Of a stretch of DNA of 64,000 nt, positions 9,752 through 18,301 are shown piece by piece. This DNA is from Candidatus Elulimicrobiales bacterium (GTDB taxonomy: Bacteria; Patescibacteriota; Minisyncoccia; Phycocordibacterales; UBA5272), in assembly GCA_034927475.1 (NCBI GenBank), contig JAYFPW010000002.1:193606-257605 (forward strand), in the 5' to 3' direction. Both the position numbers and the translations under genes were made by a program. The notes under the pieces are model-generated. The model was given only the letters and a program-made list of their open reading frames with translations, made no database searches and was not told where the DNA came from. Positions within the stretch are counted from its first letter, which is position 1. Each line of letters starts with the position of its first letter.

Positions 9752-9779
9752 TTGACAAAAGACTATATTATAGTATAAT
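9752..9779 (+). promoter_or_regulatory. consensus sigma70 promoter TTGACA-16-TATAAT
   Basis: Both hexamers are perfect consensus; located 42 nt upstream of the 9821 ATG. Confidence 0.6.
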
Positions 9780-9820
9780 GAAATAAGTTGTAAATTTTAA
9801 ATTTAAAAGGAGGCCCAAAT

Positions 9821-9976
9821 ATGTTTAAAAAAATTAACGCCATCCGGAGGGCTTTAATAGACTCCAGAAAATGCAAAGACTGGCAGATTGCCAGAGAAAG
9901 ATTTAAACAGGCTCCTAAAAAAAGCCTAGAGGAATTGGTATGGCATAATAAGTTTGTAAACTTATGCCGCTTCTAA
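9821..9976 (+). CDS. small basic protein, 51 aa (not in ORF track)
   Basis: MFKKINAIRRALIDSRKCKDWQIARERFKQAPKKSLEELVWHNKFVNLCRF; AAAGGAGG SD 8 nt upstream; consensus promoter; terminator follows; GC about 38% against a ~28% background. Confidence 0.5.
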   Translation: MFKKINAIRRALIDSRKCKDWQIARERFKQAPKKSLEELVWHNKFVNLCRF

Positions 9977-9986
9977 AAAACAAAAA

Positions 9987-10025
9987 CCTTTACAGATTCG
10001 GTCTGTAAAGGTTTTTTATTTTTAT
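9987..10025. terminator. bidirectional terminator
   Basis: CCTTTACAGA-ttcgg-TCTGTAAAGG (10-bp stem) plus T6. Confidence 0.8.
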
Positions 10026-10031
10026 AATTTA

Positions 10032-10688
10032 TTATTTGACTTCAAAACTTCTAATCAAATCTTTAGCTGCGGTTTTAAAAGCTTCATTATCAGCTTTTTT
10101 ATTTTCTACAATAGCAAGCCATGGACTTTCATCTGTAGCTTTAACTTCTTGAATATAATATTCAGTGTTAATAGTATCATCAATTATATGTTTAACTACA
10201 ACATCTGAGTTGCCAGCAAATTTAATATCTTCAATAACAACATCTGGATTAGCTTTTTTGAATACTTCATTAATATAATCTTCTGCTGTATAACCTCTTC
10301 CCCCTTCAAAAGTTGTGTAAAGAGTCACAAAATTGTCTTTCTCAGCGTCAAAAAGTTTAAACCAATTTGATTGTGAGCCAACTCCTTGAACAGCTTCTCC
10401 ATCTTTTTTGTATAAGAAAGAAAAGTTTAAAGTATTCTCGCCTTCAAAGTTTACAGATTGTTTTCCTTCAAACTTTGCATAATCATCGCTGTTAGCAATA
10501 TCGACTAATTTTTCGCTATTACCATTCCAGATTTTCAAAGATTTACCTTCTAAACCTCTATAAACTAAAAAGCCAATTAATAAAAGTGCTAGCAGACCAA
10601 TGATCCACCAAAGTGTTTTTTTGCTTTTAAAATCAATCTTTTTCATATATTTTCTATACTTTCGTTTGTATAAAGATAATTCTAGCAT
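10032..10688 (-). CDS. hypothetical membrane-anchored protein
   Basis: Single N-terminal TM; start may be the internal MKKIDF (10646). Confidence 0.45.
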   Translation of the reverse strand: MLELSLYKRKYRKYMKKIDFKSKKTLWWIIGLLALLLIGFLVYRGLEGKSLKIWNGNSEKLVDIANSDDYAKFEGKQSVNFEGENTLNFSFLYKKDGEAVQGVGSQSNWFKLFDAEKDNFVTLYTTFEGGRGYTAEDYINEVFKKANPDVVIEDIKFAGNSDVVVKHIIDDTINTEYYIQEVKATDESPWLAIVENKKADNEAFKTAAKDLIRSFEVK

Positions 10689-10753
10689 ATACTATTTTTT
10701 TTGCACTCTTGATTTTTATTGAATTTATTTTATGCTTTTTATTGAAAAATAGC

Positions 10754-11413
10754 CTAATTTTCTATATTCAATTTATAAAATTGTTTCTCTTTTGTATTTT
10801 TTACATACACTGTTGGAAAAAGTTCTATATTTTCTTTAATGCTCATATTTTCAAATAAATTTTGAGCATTTTGAAGTAAAGTATCAAAATCTACAAATAA
10901 ATTTTCTGGTGGACTAAATTTACAAATAGTAATATGACTAGGTAAAGAGAAATCCATATTCGGATTTCCTAAATCTTTAGCTATTTCTTTGTTTAATTTT
11001 TTATCTCCTGACAAAACATAATCTTTATCAGTAAACTTTAATCTTAAAATCAAAATCCTCTCTCTACCAAAAGGAAAAGCATGCCAACTTAATTGTGACC
11101 TATCATCTGGCTTTGGAATTCTTTTTTCTTCATTAAACATTTTTAATTTGTCTAAAGAGTTTTTTAATTTTCCCTTTCCTTCTTCTACAAATTCTCTAAG
11201 TTCACTTTCTTCAATATTTCCCCCACCAATAATTGTAAAGTGAAAAGGTAATCCATCTTCTTTATTTGGAATTATAATATCTTCATATTTAGTTTTTAAT
11301 TTTTTATAAAATTCTCCTAGCTTTTCATTAGTTTTTTTATCAACTTCAAAGAGTAAATTTATTTTTACTTTTAGGTCTTCTTCTAAATTATTTTTAAGAG
11401 AAAGTTCCTCCAT
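10754..11413 (-). CDS. 2H phosphoesterase superfamily protein (LigT/ThpR-like)
   Basis: Two H-x-T-x motifs: PFHFTIIGG and PSHITICKF. Confidence 0.5.
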   Translation of the reverse strand: MEELSLKNNLEEDLKVKINLLFEVDKKTNEKLGEFYKKLKTKYEDIIIPNKEDGLPFHFTIIGGGNIEESELREFVEEGKGKLKNSLDKLKMFNEEKRIPKPDDRSQLSWHAFPFGRERILILRLKFTDKDYVLSGDKKLNKEIAKDLGNPNMDFSLPSHITICKFSPPENLFVDFDTLLQNAQNLFENMSIKENIELFPTVYVKNTKEKQFYKLNIEN

Positions 11414-11417
11414 ATTT

Positions 11418-13442
11418 TTATTTTATCAGTTTATTTTTCAAAGCTGCAATTTCATCTCGAAGTATAGCCGCTGTTTCAAAATCTAAAACTTTCACTGCTT
11501 CCGTCATCTGTTTTTCTTTTAATTTAATTAATTTATTTGGATTTTTCTCAAATAATTTTTTATCAACAGATAACTCAAACTCCACAGATTTTTTGTGTTC
11601 TCTTTTTAATTCTTCGGTTATATCTTTTATATTTTTAACAATAGTTTTCGGAGTGATATTATGTTTTTTATTATACTCAGTTTGAATTTTTCTTCTTCTT
11701 TCAGTTTCTTTAATCGCTCTTTCAAGAGAACCCGTCATTTGATCGGCATAAAGTATAACTCTTCCATCGACATTTCTAGCCGCCCTTCCAATGGTTTGAA
11801 TTAAAGAAGTCTCGCTACGCAAAAATCCTTCTTTATCAGCATCTAAAATACCAATTAAGGTAACCTCGGGAAGATCTAGCCCTTCTCTAAGAAGATTTAC
11901 TCCGACCAAACAATCAAATTCCCCTTTTCGGAGACGTGTCAAAATCTCAATTCTATCTAAAGTTTCCACATCACTATGCAAATATTCAGCTCTAATCTTT
12001 TTACCTTTTAAATAGTCAGCTAAATTTTCCGCCATTTTCTTAGTCAAAGTTGTAGCTAAAACTCTTCTTCCGGCTTTAATTTCTTTTTCAGCTTCTTTTA
12101 TAAAATCAAAAACCTGCCCTTTATATTTTCCTTTCTCCATTACTGGCTTGATTTCTAATTTTGGATCAAGAAGTCCGGTTGGACGAATGATTTGTTCTAC
12201 AACTTTACTAGAATTTTCTTTTTCATAATCAGAAGGTGTAGCTGAAACATAAATTACATCGTTTATTTTTTCTTTAAACTCATCATATTTAAGAGGTCTA
12301 TTATCTTTTGCTGAAGGAAGACGAAATCCAAAATCAACTAAAGTTTGTTTTCTAGCTTGATCACCATTATACATAGCCCGAAGTTGTGGAAGAGTTACAT
12401 GAGACTCATCTATCACTGTCAAAAAATCTCGCCCATTTTTCTTAAAATATTCCAGTAAAGTATCTGGTGCTTCTCCAACTTTTTTACCAGAAAAGTGGCG
12501 ACTATAATTTTCAATTCCCGAACAATAACCAAACTCTTTTATACTGGCTAAATCATACTGTGTTCTTCTTTTCAATCTTTCTATTTCTAAAATCTTGCCC
12601 TCTTTTTCCAATTCTTTTAGTCTGTCTTTTAATTCTGCCTGTATAGTTTTAATCGCTCGCTCTTGAGCTAATTTATCTGAAATAAAATGTTTAGCTGGAA
12701 AAATAAAATAATCTTTTACTTCTTCAAGCTCTCTCATAGAAATTGGATCAGTTACAATAAGTCTCTCTATAACCCCGTTATGTAGCTCTATTTGAAGCAT
12801 ATAAGTTTCACTCATTGGCATAATATCTATTCTATTTCCAATTGTCCTAAAACTTCCAGGAGTAAGATCAGCATTGGTTCTTTTATAATGAACTTCTACA
12901 AACATCTTCATCGATTCAACTTTAGAGATTTTTTGACCAACAAAAAGTTTTTTATTAACTTTCTCGTATTCTATTGGTGAACCTAAACCATAAATACAAG
13001 ATACAGAAGCCACTATTATCACATCATCTCGAGTTAGAAGAGATTGAGTGGAAGCGTGACGAAGTCTATCTATTTCTTCATTTATCTGAGCATCTTTTTC
13101 AATATAGGTGTCTGTAGTTGGGAGATATGCTTCTGGTTGATAATAGTCATAATAAGAAACAAAATAATGTACCGCATTATTTGGAAAAAAAGTTTTGAAT
13201 TCTTGAGCTAGTTGAGCAGCTAAAGTTTTATTGTGAGCTATAACTAAAGTTGGTTTTTGTACTTTCTCTATAACATTTGCAATAGTAAATGTTTTTCCTG
13301 TTCCAGTCGCCCCAAGTAAAGTTAGTTTAGTACTATCGTTTTTCCTCTTTTCAATTCCTTTGACCAATTCCAAAATCGCCTCCGGCTGATCTCCGGCTGG
13401 CTTAAATTTAGAAACAAGTTCAAACTTTTTAGAATTTCTCAT
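11418..13442 (-). CDS. uvrB: excinuclease ABC subunit B
   Basis: GATGTGKTFT Walker A, helicase motifs, C-terminal UVR domain. Start taken at MRNSKKF because the longer track ORF runs into the upstream terminator. Confidence 0.9.
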   Translation of the reverse strand: MRNSKKFELVSKFKPAGDQPEAILELVKGIEKRKNDSTKLTLLGATGTGKTFTIANVIEKVQKPTLVIAHNKTLAAQLAQEFKTFFPNNAVHYFVSYYDYYQPEAYLPTTDTYIEKDAQINEEIDRLRHASTQSLLTRDDVIIVASVSCIYGLGSPIEYEKVNKKLFVGQKISKVESMKMFVEVHYKRTNADLTPGSFRTIGNRIDIMPMSETYMLQIELHNGVIERLIVTDPISMRELEEVKDYFIFPAKHFISDKLAQERAIKTIQAELKDRLKELEKEGKILEIERLKRRTQYDLASIKEFGYCSGIENYSRHFSGKKVGEAPDTLLEYFKKNGRDFLTVIDESHVTLPQLRAMYNGDQARKQTLVDFGFRLPSAKDNRPLKYDEFKEKINDVIYVSATPSDYEKENSSKVVEQIIRPTGLLDPKLEIKPVMEKGKYKGQVFDFIKEAEKEIKAGRRVLATTLTKKMAENLADYLKGKKIRAEYLHSDVETLDRIEILTRLRKGEFDCLVGVNLLREGLDLPEVTLIGILDADKEGFLRSETSLIQTIGRAARNVDGRVILYADQMTGSLERAIKETERRRKIQTEYNKKHNITPKTIVKNIKDITEELKREHKKSVEFELSVDKKLFEKNPNKLIKLKEKQMTEAVKVLDFETAAILRDEIAALKNKLIK

Positions 13443-13464
13443 TCCTAAATGATAACAAAATTTA

Positions 13465-13497
13465 AACAAAAATAAAAAGGAGCTTTTACTCCTTTTT
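13465..13497 (-). terminator. terminator of the 13500..13772 gene
   Basis: AAAAAGGAG-taaaag-CTCCTTTTT plus T-run. Confidence 0.65.
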
Positions 13498-13499
13498 AA

Positions 13500-13772
13500 T
13501 TAATTTTCTGAAAGATTTTTGAAAGGTTCTCCCATTATTTGATCTCGGGTATATTTATGACCCTGCGCTCTTCCTGTGTTTAAAATCTCTTGAATAGCGC
13601 CAGCCAACTCTTCAGCCATACCTTTTGGAGAATCTGACCTCACCTCAATTGTAGTCCACCCACGTTTTCCTTCCTTATCTTCTACAAAGAAACGGAAACC
13701 GTTCGACAAAGCTTCACCTTTTATGGTGTATCCACTCCCGATTGTCGGAAGACTTGAAACATATCTGCTCAT
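13500..13772 (-). CDS. hypothetical 90-aa protein, GC-elevated (about 41%)
   Basis: Faint resemblance to the UPF0150/HicB N-terminal fold (SDSPKGMAEELAGAIQEIL); not secure. Confidence 0.4.
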   Translation of the reverse strand: MSRYVSSLPTIGSGYTIKGEALSNGFRFFVEDKEGKRGWTTIEVRSDSPKGMAEELAGAIQEILNTGRAQGHKYTRDQIMGEPFKNLSEN

Positions 13773-13837
13773 AACTTAAAAATTTTAAAATGTACAATCT
13801 GAGTTAATATTATAACCCTCACAATTAAAAGTCAAAT

Positions 13838-14863
13838 TTATTCCAAAAGATATTTTATTCCAGTTTTTTCAGTCTGGGTCTTTATTTCCTTCACCAATTC
13901 TATTTCTTTTTTTATTTCTCCTGCTTCAGAAATTTCTTTCTTAAATTTAAAATTTACCCCAAGTCCTTTTTTAACATCTTCGTCAAACCACTGATCAAAA
14001 ATATAATTTCCTAGCGAATAATAAATATATTTATCTTTATAAATTTCACTTTCTTCTATTACGTGTGGGTGCCCACCGATTATCATATCCGCTCCAGCAT
14101 CAATCCATTTGTGTGCTAAATATTTTTGATTTTGATTAGAAGTTTTTCTGTATTCAGTTCCCCAATGTGGCACGACTATAACAAAATCCACTTTTTTATC
14201 TTGTTTTAATTTTAAAATTTCATTTTCAATTCTTTCACTATCGTTATCTTTTGTAAATTCATGATAGCCAATATAAGCAATACAAATTTCTTTTTCACAA
14301 ATAGTATTAGACAAACTCTCTATTTGATTATCATTGTATGGATTAGAAAAATATTTTATATTTCCCTTTTCTAAATATATTTTAGTTTCTTGAAAACCTT
14401 GATTATAAAAATTATCTGTATGATTATTAGCTAAAGAAACTACTTTCACATTTAAGAGATTTAAAATTTGCGGAGTAGAAGTAGGAAAAGTAAAAAGTAA
14501 AATAGGATTATATGATCCATCAGCATTTAAAGTTTTAGTTTTGTTTTCTGTAATTGGGCCTTCTAAATTAGCCACTATATAATCATAGTTTTTATTATGT
14601 TCACGAAAATTACCAAGAAAATTATTAACAAAATTTTCTGCACTACCATTTTCATTTACTCTTTTACGAATAAATCTGTCTAACATAATATCTCCGACAA
14701 AAAGAATATCTAATTCACTCTTTTTAGGTTGGGTTAAATTTTCTTTTTGATTATCTATATTGGAAATAGTATATTCTCTAGTAAATTTTTTATTAAAAGC
14801 CAAATAACCAAAAACCCCTAAAATTATAATTAGAAATATTATGAAAAGAGACTTTTCTTTCAT
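13838..14863 (-). CDS. CapA/PGA_cap family metallophosphatase
   Basis: N-terminal TM; VGDIMLDR and GGHPHV motifs. Confidence 0.65.
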   Translation of the reverse strand: MKEKSLFIIFLIIILGVFGYLAFNKKFTREYTISNIDNQKENLTQPKKSELDILFVGDIMLDRFIRKRVNENGSAENFVNNFLGNFREHNKNYDYIVANLEGPITENKTKTLNADGSYNPILLFTFPTSTPQILNLLNVKVVSLANNHTDNFYNQGFQETKIYLEKGNIKYFSNPYNDNQIESLSNTICEKEICIAYIGYHEFTKDNDSERIENEILKLKQDKKVDFVIVVPHWGTEYRKTSNQNQKYLAHKWIDAGADMIIGGHPHVIEESEIYKDKYIYYSLGNYIFDQWFDEDVKKGLGVNFKFKKEISEAGEIKKEIELVKEIKTQTEKTGIKYLLE

Positions 14864-14894
14864 AGTTTTAATATATCATTTATCTAAATAAAAT

Positions 14895-15143
14895 CTATTC
14901 TGAAAATTTTTCTAAAAATTCACTAAGCGGACGAACCCAGATCTTTCCAAGATCATTTTCGTATAAAGTTTCATAAATTACCATATCTATGAGATCATAT
15001 TTTTTATCGCTCATTTGGAGTTTGCCTAAAAATAAAACTTTATACTTTTTATTTTTATCTTTATAGTGAAAATATTCTTTTCCTATTTCTACTTTTTGTA
15101 ACATATCATCTATATCTTTCCAAAACTTCTTTTTTAAATTCAA
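14895..15143 (-). CDS. DUF1653 domain protein
   Basis: YFHYKDKNKKYKV...VIYETLYENDLGKIWVRPL. Confidence 0.6.
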   Translation of the reverse strand: MNLKKKFWKDIDDMLQKVEIGKEYFHYKDKNKKYKVLFLGKLQMSDKKYDLIDMVIYETLYENDLGKIWVRPLSEFLEKFSE

Positions 15144-16554
15144 AAAATTTATCCCCTAAAATACTTTGACGAATATCTTTTACTAAAGAAACAATAAAAT
15201 GAAGATTGTGAAGTGAAGCGATTGTTGCCCCAATCATTTCCTTACTTCTAAAAAGATGAGCTAAATAAGCTTTGGTGTATTTGTGAGCATAGCAAGACGG
15301 ATCCTCACAAACCGGACTCATATCAGTTTTATATTTACTATTAAAAATATTTATTCTTCCATCTTTAGTATAAATAGCTCCATTTCTCGCAAGACGTGTC
15401 GGAGAGACACAATCAAAAGTATCTAGTCCGTTTTCTATCCCATAAAATAAGTCTTCTATTTCACCTATACCTAAAAAGTGTCTCGGTTTATTTTCTGGAA
15501 GATTTTCATTTGTAATTTTTAATATTTTTGTCATATCTTCTTTAGTGAAACTTCCACCAATTCCAAATCCATCAAAATATTTTCCATCCAGATTCATTTC
15601 TCCCAAAACTTGAGCTGAATATTTTCGTAAATCATCATAAGCTCCGCCTTGCACAACAGCATAAAGTGCTTGCCTTTGCCCTGTTGCCCCAGAAACTCCA
15701 AGTTTTTTATGATGTTCCAGACTTCTTTTTGCCCAACGATGAGTTCTTTCTAAAGCTTCTTTTTGATAATCTTTATTAGCAAATGGACTTGTACATTCAT
15801 CAAAAGCGAAAAATATATCAGCTCCTAAATCATGCTGAATTTCCATACTTTTTTCTGGAGTAAAAATATGTTTACTACCATCGAAAACACTTTTAAATTC
15901 CACTCCATTTTCAGAAATTTTTACAAGAGATTTATTGTTATTTTTAAGGTTATTATATTTCTGCCTATCTCTTAAACGATACTTTTTAAAAAACAAAATA
16001 TCAATGATAAAGAAAAAAATAAGAGAAGAAACTGAACCAAGTAAAAAGTTCAAATCTTCACTAAATATTCTTAAAACTCCCCAAAACATAAAAGAAAGAA
16101 AAATTTCTATAAAAAGATACTTATTTCTTTTAAAGAAATCTAAAAGATTAAACTTTTTACTTATATTTTTTTCAATATTTTCATTTGCTAAATCTTCTCT
16201 AGTAGCGATTTTGGAAACTCCTACACCCATCGCAGAACCAAGAGAAAAAACTTGAAACCCTCCAGAATCTGTAAAAGTTGGCCCGACATAATTCATCATC
16301 TTAGCAAAACCGCCATGATTTTTTACAATTTCATTTCCTGGCTCCAAATATAAATGATAAGTATTGGCGAGTATAGCATCTGCTTTTACGAACTCATTAA
16401 AATTTTCTGGAAGAATGCTTTTTATAGTAGCTTTTGTCCCAACAGGAATAAAAGCTGGAGTTTCTATATCTCCGTGTGGCGTGTGAATAATTCCCACTCT
16501 CGCCATAGGTGCTTCTTTAGATTTTTTCTTTATTTCAAATGAAAACTCTTTCAT
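15106..16554 (-). CDS. tgt: queuine tRNA-ribosyltransferase with large internal hydrophobic insertion
   Basis: N-terminal IPVGT...DSGGFQVFSL and C-terminal PEKSMEIQHDLGADI...FDCVSPTR...CxxPxCxxH zinc site are canonical. About 95 extra residues with 2 predicted TM helices lie between them. Confidence 0.8.
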   Translation of the reverse strand: MKEFSFEIKKKSKEAPMARVGIIHTPHGDIETPAFIPVGTKATIKSILPENFNEFVKADAILANTYHLYLEPGNEIVKNHGGFAKMMNYVGPTFTDSGGFQVFSLGSAMGVGVSKIATREDLANENIEKNISKKFNLLDFFKRNKYLFIEIFLSFMFWGVLRIFSEDLNFLLGSVSSLIFFFIIDILFFKKYRLRDRQKYNNLKNNNKSLVKISENGVEFKSVFDGSKHIFTPEKSMEIQHDLGADIFFAFDECTSPFANKDYQKEALERTHRWAKRSLEHHKKLGVSGATGQRQALYAVVQGGAYDDLRKYSAQVLGEMNLDGKYFDGFGIGGSFTKEDMTKILKITNENLPENKPRHFLGIGEIEDLFYGIENGLDTFDCVSPTRLARNGAIYTKDGRINIFNSKYKTDMSPVCEDPSCYAHKYTKAYLAHLFRSKEMIGATIASLHNLHFIVSLVKDIRQSILGDKFFEFKKEVLERYR

Positions 16555-16559
16555 AAAAA

Positions 16560-17603
16560 CTAAAACCTTAAAATTTCTTCACATTTAGCAATAATATTTC
16601 TCGGAGATAAATCATCTTCTAAACCCATTCTTTCTACTTTTATATTTAAATGACTAGGATTTTGAGAGACTATTTCTGAAACCAAACTTCCCATACCTCC
16701 AACTTTAGAATGTTCTTCTATTGTTAAAATATTTTTATGTCTATCAGCAAAATTGCTAATAAAATTAGTTATTTTTTCATTTTTGGTTTCACTATTTGAA
16801 GAAATTAAAGACATATTTAAAACTGTAACCATATAACCCATATCTTCCAATTCTTTTGCCGCCTGAAGAGCGTTGTAAAGAATTGGTCCATAAGCGATAA
16901 TTCCTACCTGAAAAGCTGCTTCTAAGTTTTTAGAAATATAAACTACCTCTGGCAAACCAGTCCACTCTTTTATGTTTCCATCTATTTCAAAATACTCATC
17001 AGCAAAAATTTTTGGAGAGCTTTCACTGAAAATTCTAAAATAAGAAAAATCATTCCTGCTATTCTTGAAAAATCCCTTTTCAACAACTTTTAATAAATAA
17101 CTAGCTTCAGATGCATCCGCAGGAGCAAAAATATTTACACCTCCCAGATTCCTTAAAATTGCCACGTCGTTTTTAATTTCAGAATTATCTAAATAAAGTG
17201 CTTCAGCTAATTCATTTTCTCGATGAATACGAGGAGATTGCATATTTAAAAGAGTGAGATTAACCTCCTTTTCTTTATTGTGTATAAATTTAAAAATGGT
17301 TTTTGAAAGACCGTTGTAGAGTTTAAAGAAATTATCCATTAATCCTGTATGAGAATTTTTTAGATTTTCATTAAAAGCTTCGTTGATTAGAAAAACATTT
17401 TTATTTTGATTTTTTGAAATAATTGAAGAAATTTGCACAGCTTCCTCAGCTGGAAAAATATGATCTGTGTCCCCCATCGCTTCTTCTAAATTATCAACTT
17501 TGAAAATTAAATTGTTATCATCATTAAAATCGGCCAAAGTGAAAAAGATTTTTTCTACTTGATTTTGAAATTCTTCTTCTTTAAATAAATTATTAGTTAA
17601 CAT
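16560..17603 (-). CDS. transketolase C-terminal-subunit homologue (divergent)
   Basis: TIEEHSKVGGMGSLVSEIV resembles TK C-terminal TVEEHsiiGGlGsaVaE; the rest is weakly conserved. Confidence 0.55.
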   Translation of the reverse strand: MLTNNLFKEEEFQNQVEKIFFTLADFNDDNNLIFKVDNLEEAMGDTDHIFPAEEAVQISSIISKNQNKNVFLINEAFNENLKNSHTGLMDNFFKLYNGLSKTIFKFIHNKEKEVNLTLLNMQSPRIHRENELAEALYLDNSEIKNDVAILRNLGGVNIFAPADASEASYLLKVVEKGFFKNSRNDFSYFRIFSESSPKIFADEYFEIDGNIKEWTGLPEVVYISKNLEAAFQVGIIAYGPILYNALQAAKELEDMGYMVTVLNMSLISSNSETKNEKITNFISNFADRHKNILTIEEHSKVGGMGSLVSEIVSQNPSHLNIKVERMGLEDDLSPRNIIAKCEEILRF

Positions 17604-17608
17604 AGATT

Positions 17609-18271
17609 TTAATTTAAATTAGCTAAAATTATTGAAGGTTTTTTGAGATCTTTAGCATAATAAACAGCTTCACAAACAGAAGCAGGACTAAGCCCATTAA
17701 TTACTAATGTATCAAAACCTAAATTAATTAATTTTCCATTTAGTTTATTTTCTTTATTGATTTCAGTATTTACTGATTTAGTATAAGCAATAATAATAAC
17801 TCTTCGCATATTATTTTTTTGTATAAATTCTAATGCGGAAAAATTATTTAAAAGATCTAATTCGCTGACAACAATATAGTAAAATCTTTCATGTTTATCT
17901 CCAGAATCTCTAGCGGCTGTATAATAACCAATTGCTTCACCAAAACTATTTTCGACTTTTAGAAAAGTGTTTTTAGTAATATAGTTTTTTAAATTAGAAA
18001 ACTCATCGTACCCAGCATGGACTTTCACTACACTTTCTACTATATTTGCATAATTATTCGTAGAAAAAATGTCATCTTTATTTTTCCAATTTGGAACTTT
18101 TGGATCATGATTAATAGCTTTAAAATATAGTCCAGTAAAAATACCTGAAAGACTTTTGAGATTTCTTAAAGCCTTCTCACCAAAAGAAGAAAAAACATTA
18201 TCTATGGTGATTTCAACATCTTGCTGTACTAAAGCAAGCGCATCTTTTTCGTCTTTCGTTAAAGTCTTCAT
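17609..18271 (-). CDS. transketolase N-terminal-subunit homologue, catalytic motifs degenerate
   Basis: LYFKAINHDPKVPNWKNKDDIFS aligns to [27 protein letters not shown], but KGH, GDG and the TPP-binding residues are replaced. Confidence 0.5.
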   Translation of the reverse strand: MKTLTKDEKDALALVQQDVEITIDNVFSSFGEKALRNLKSLSGIFTGLYFKAINHDPKVPNWKNKDDIFSTNNYANIVESVVKVHAGYDEFSNLKNYITKNTFLKVENSFGEAIGYYTAARDSGDKHERFYYIVVSELDLLNNFSALEFIQKNNMRRVIIIAYTKSVNTEINKENKLNGKLINLGFDTLVINGLSPASVCEAVYYAKDLKKPSIILANLN

Positions 18272-18301
18272 ATGAGTCCATTATATCACAGACAAAAAAT
18301 T

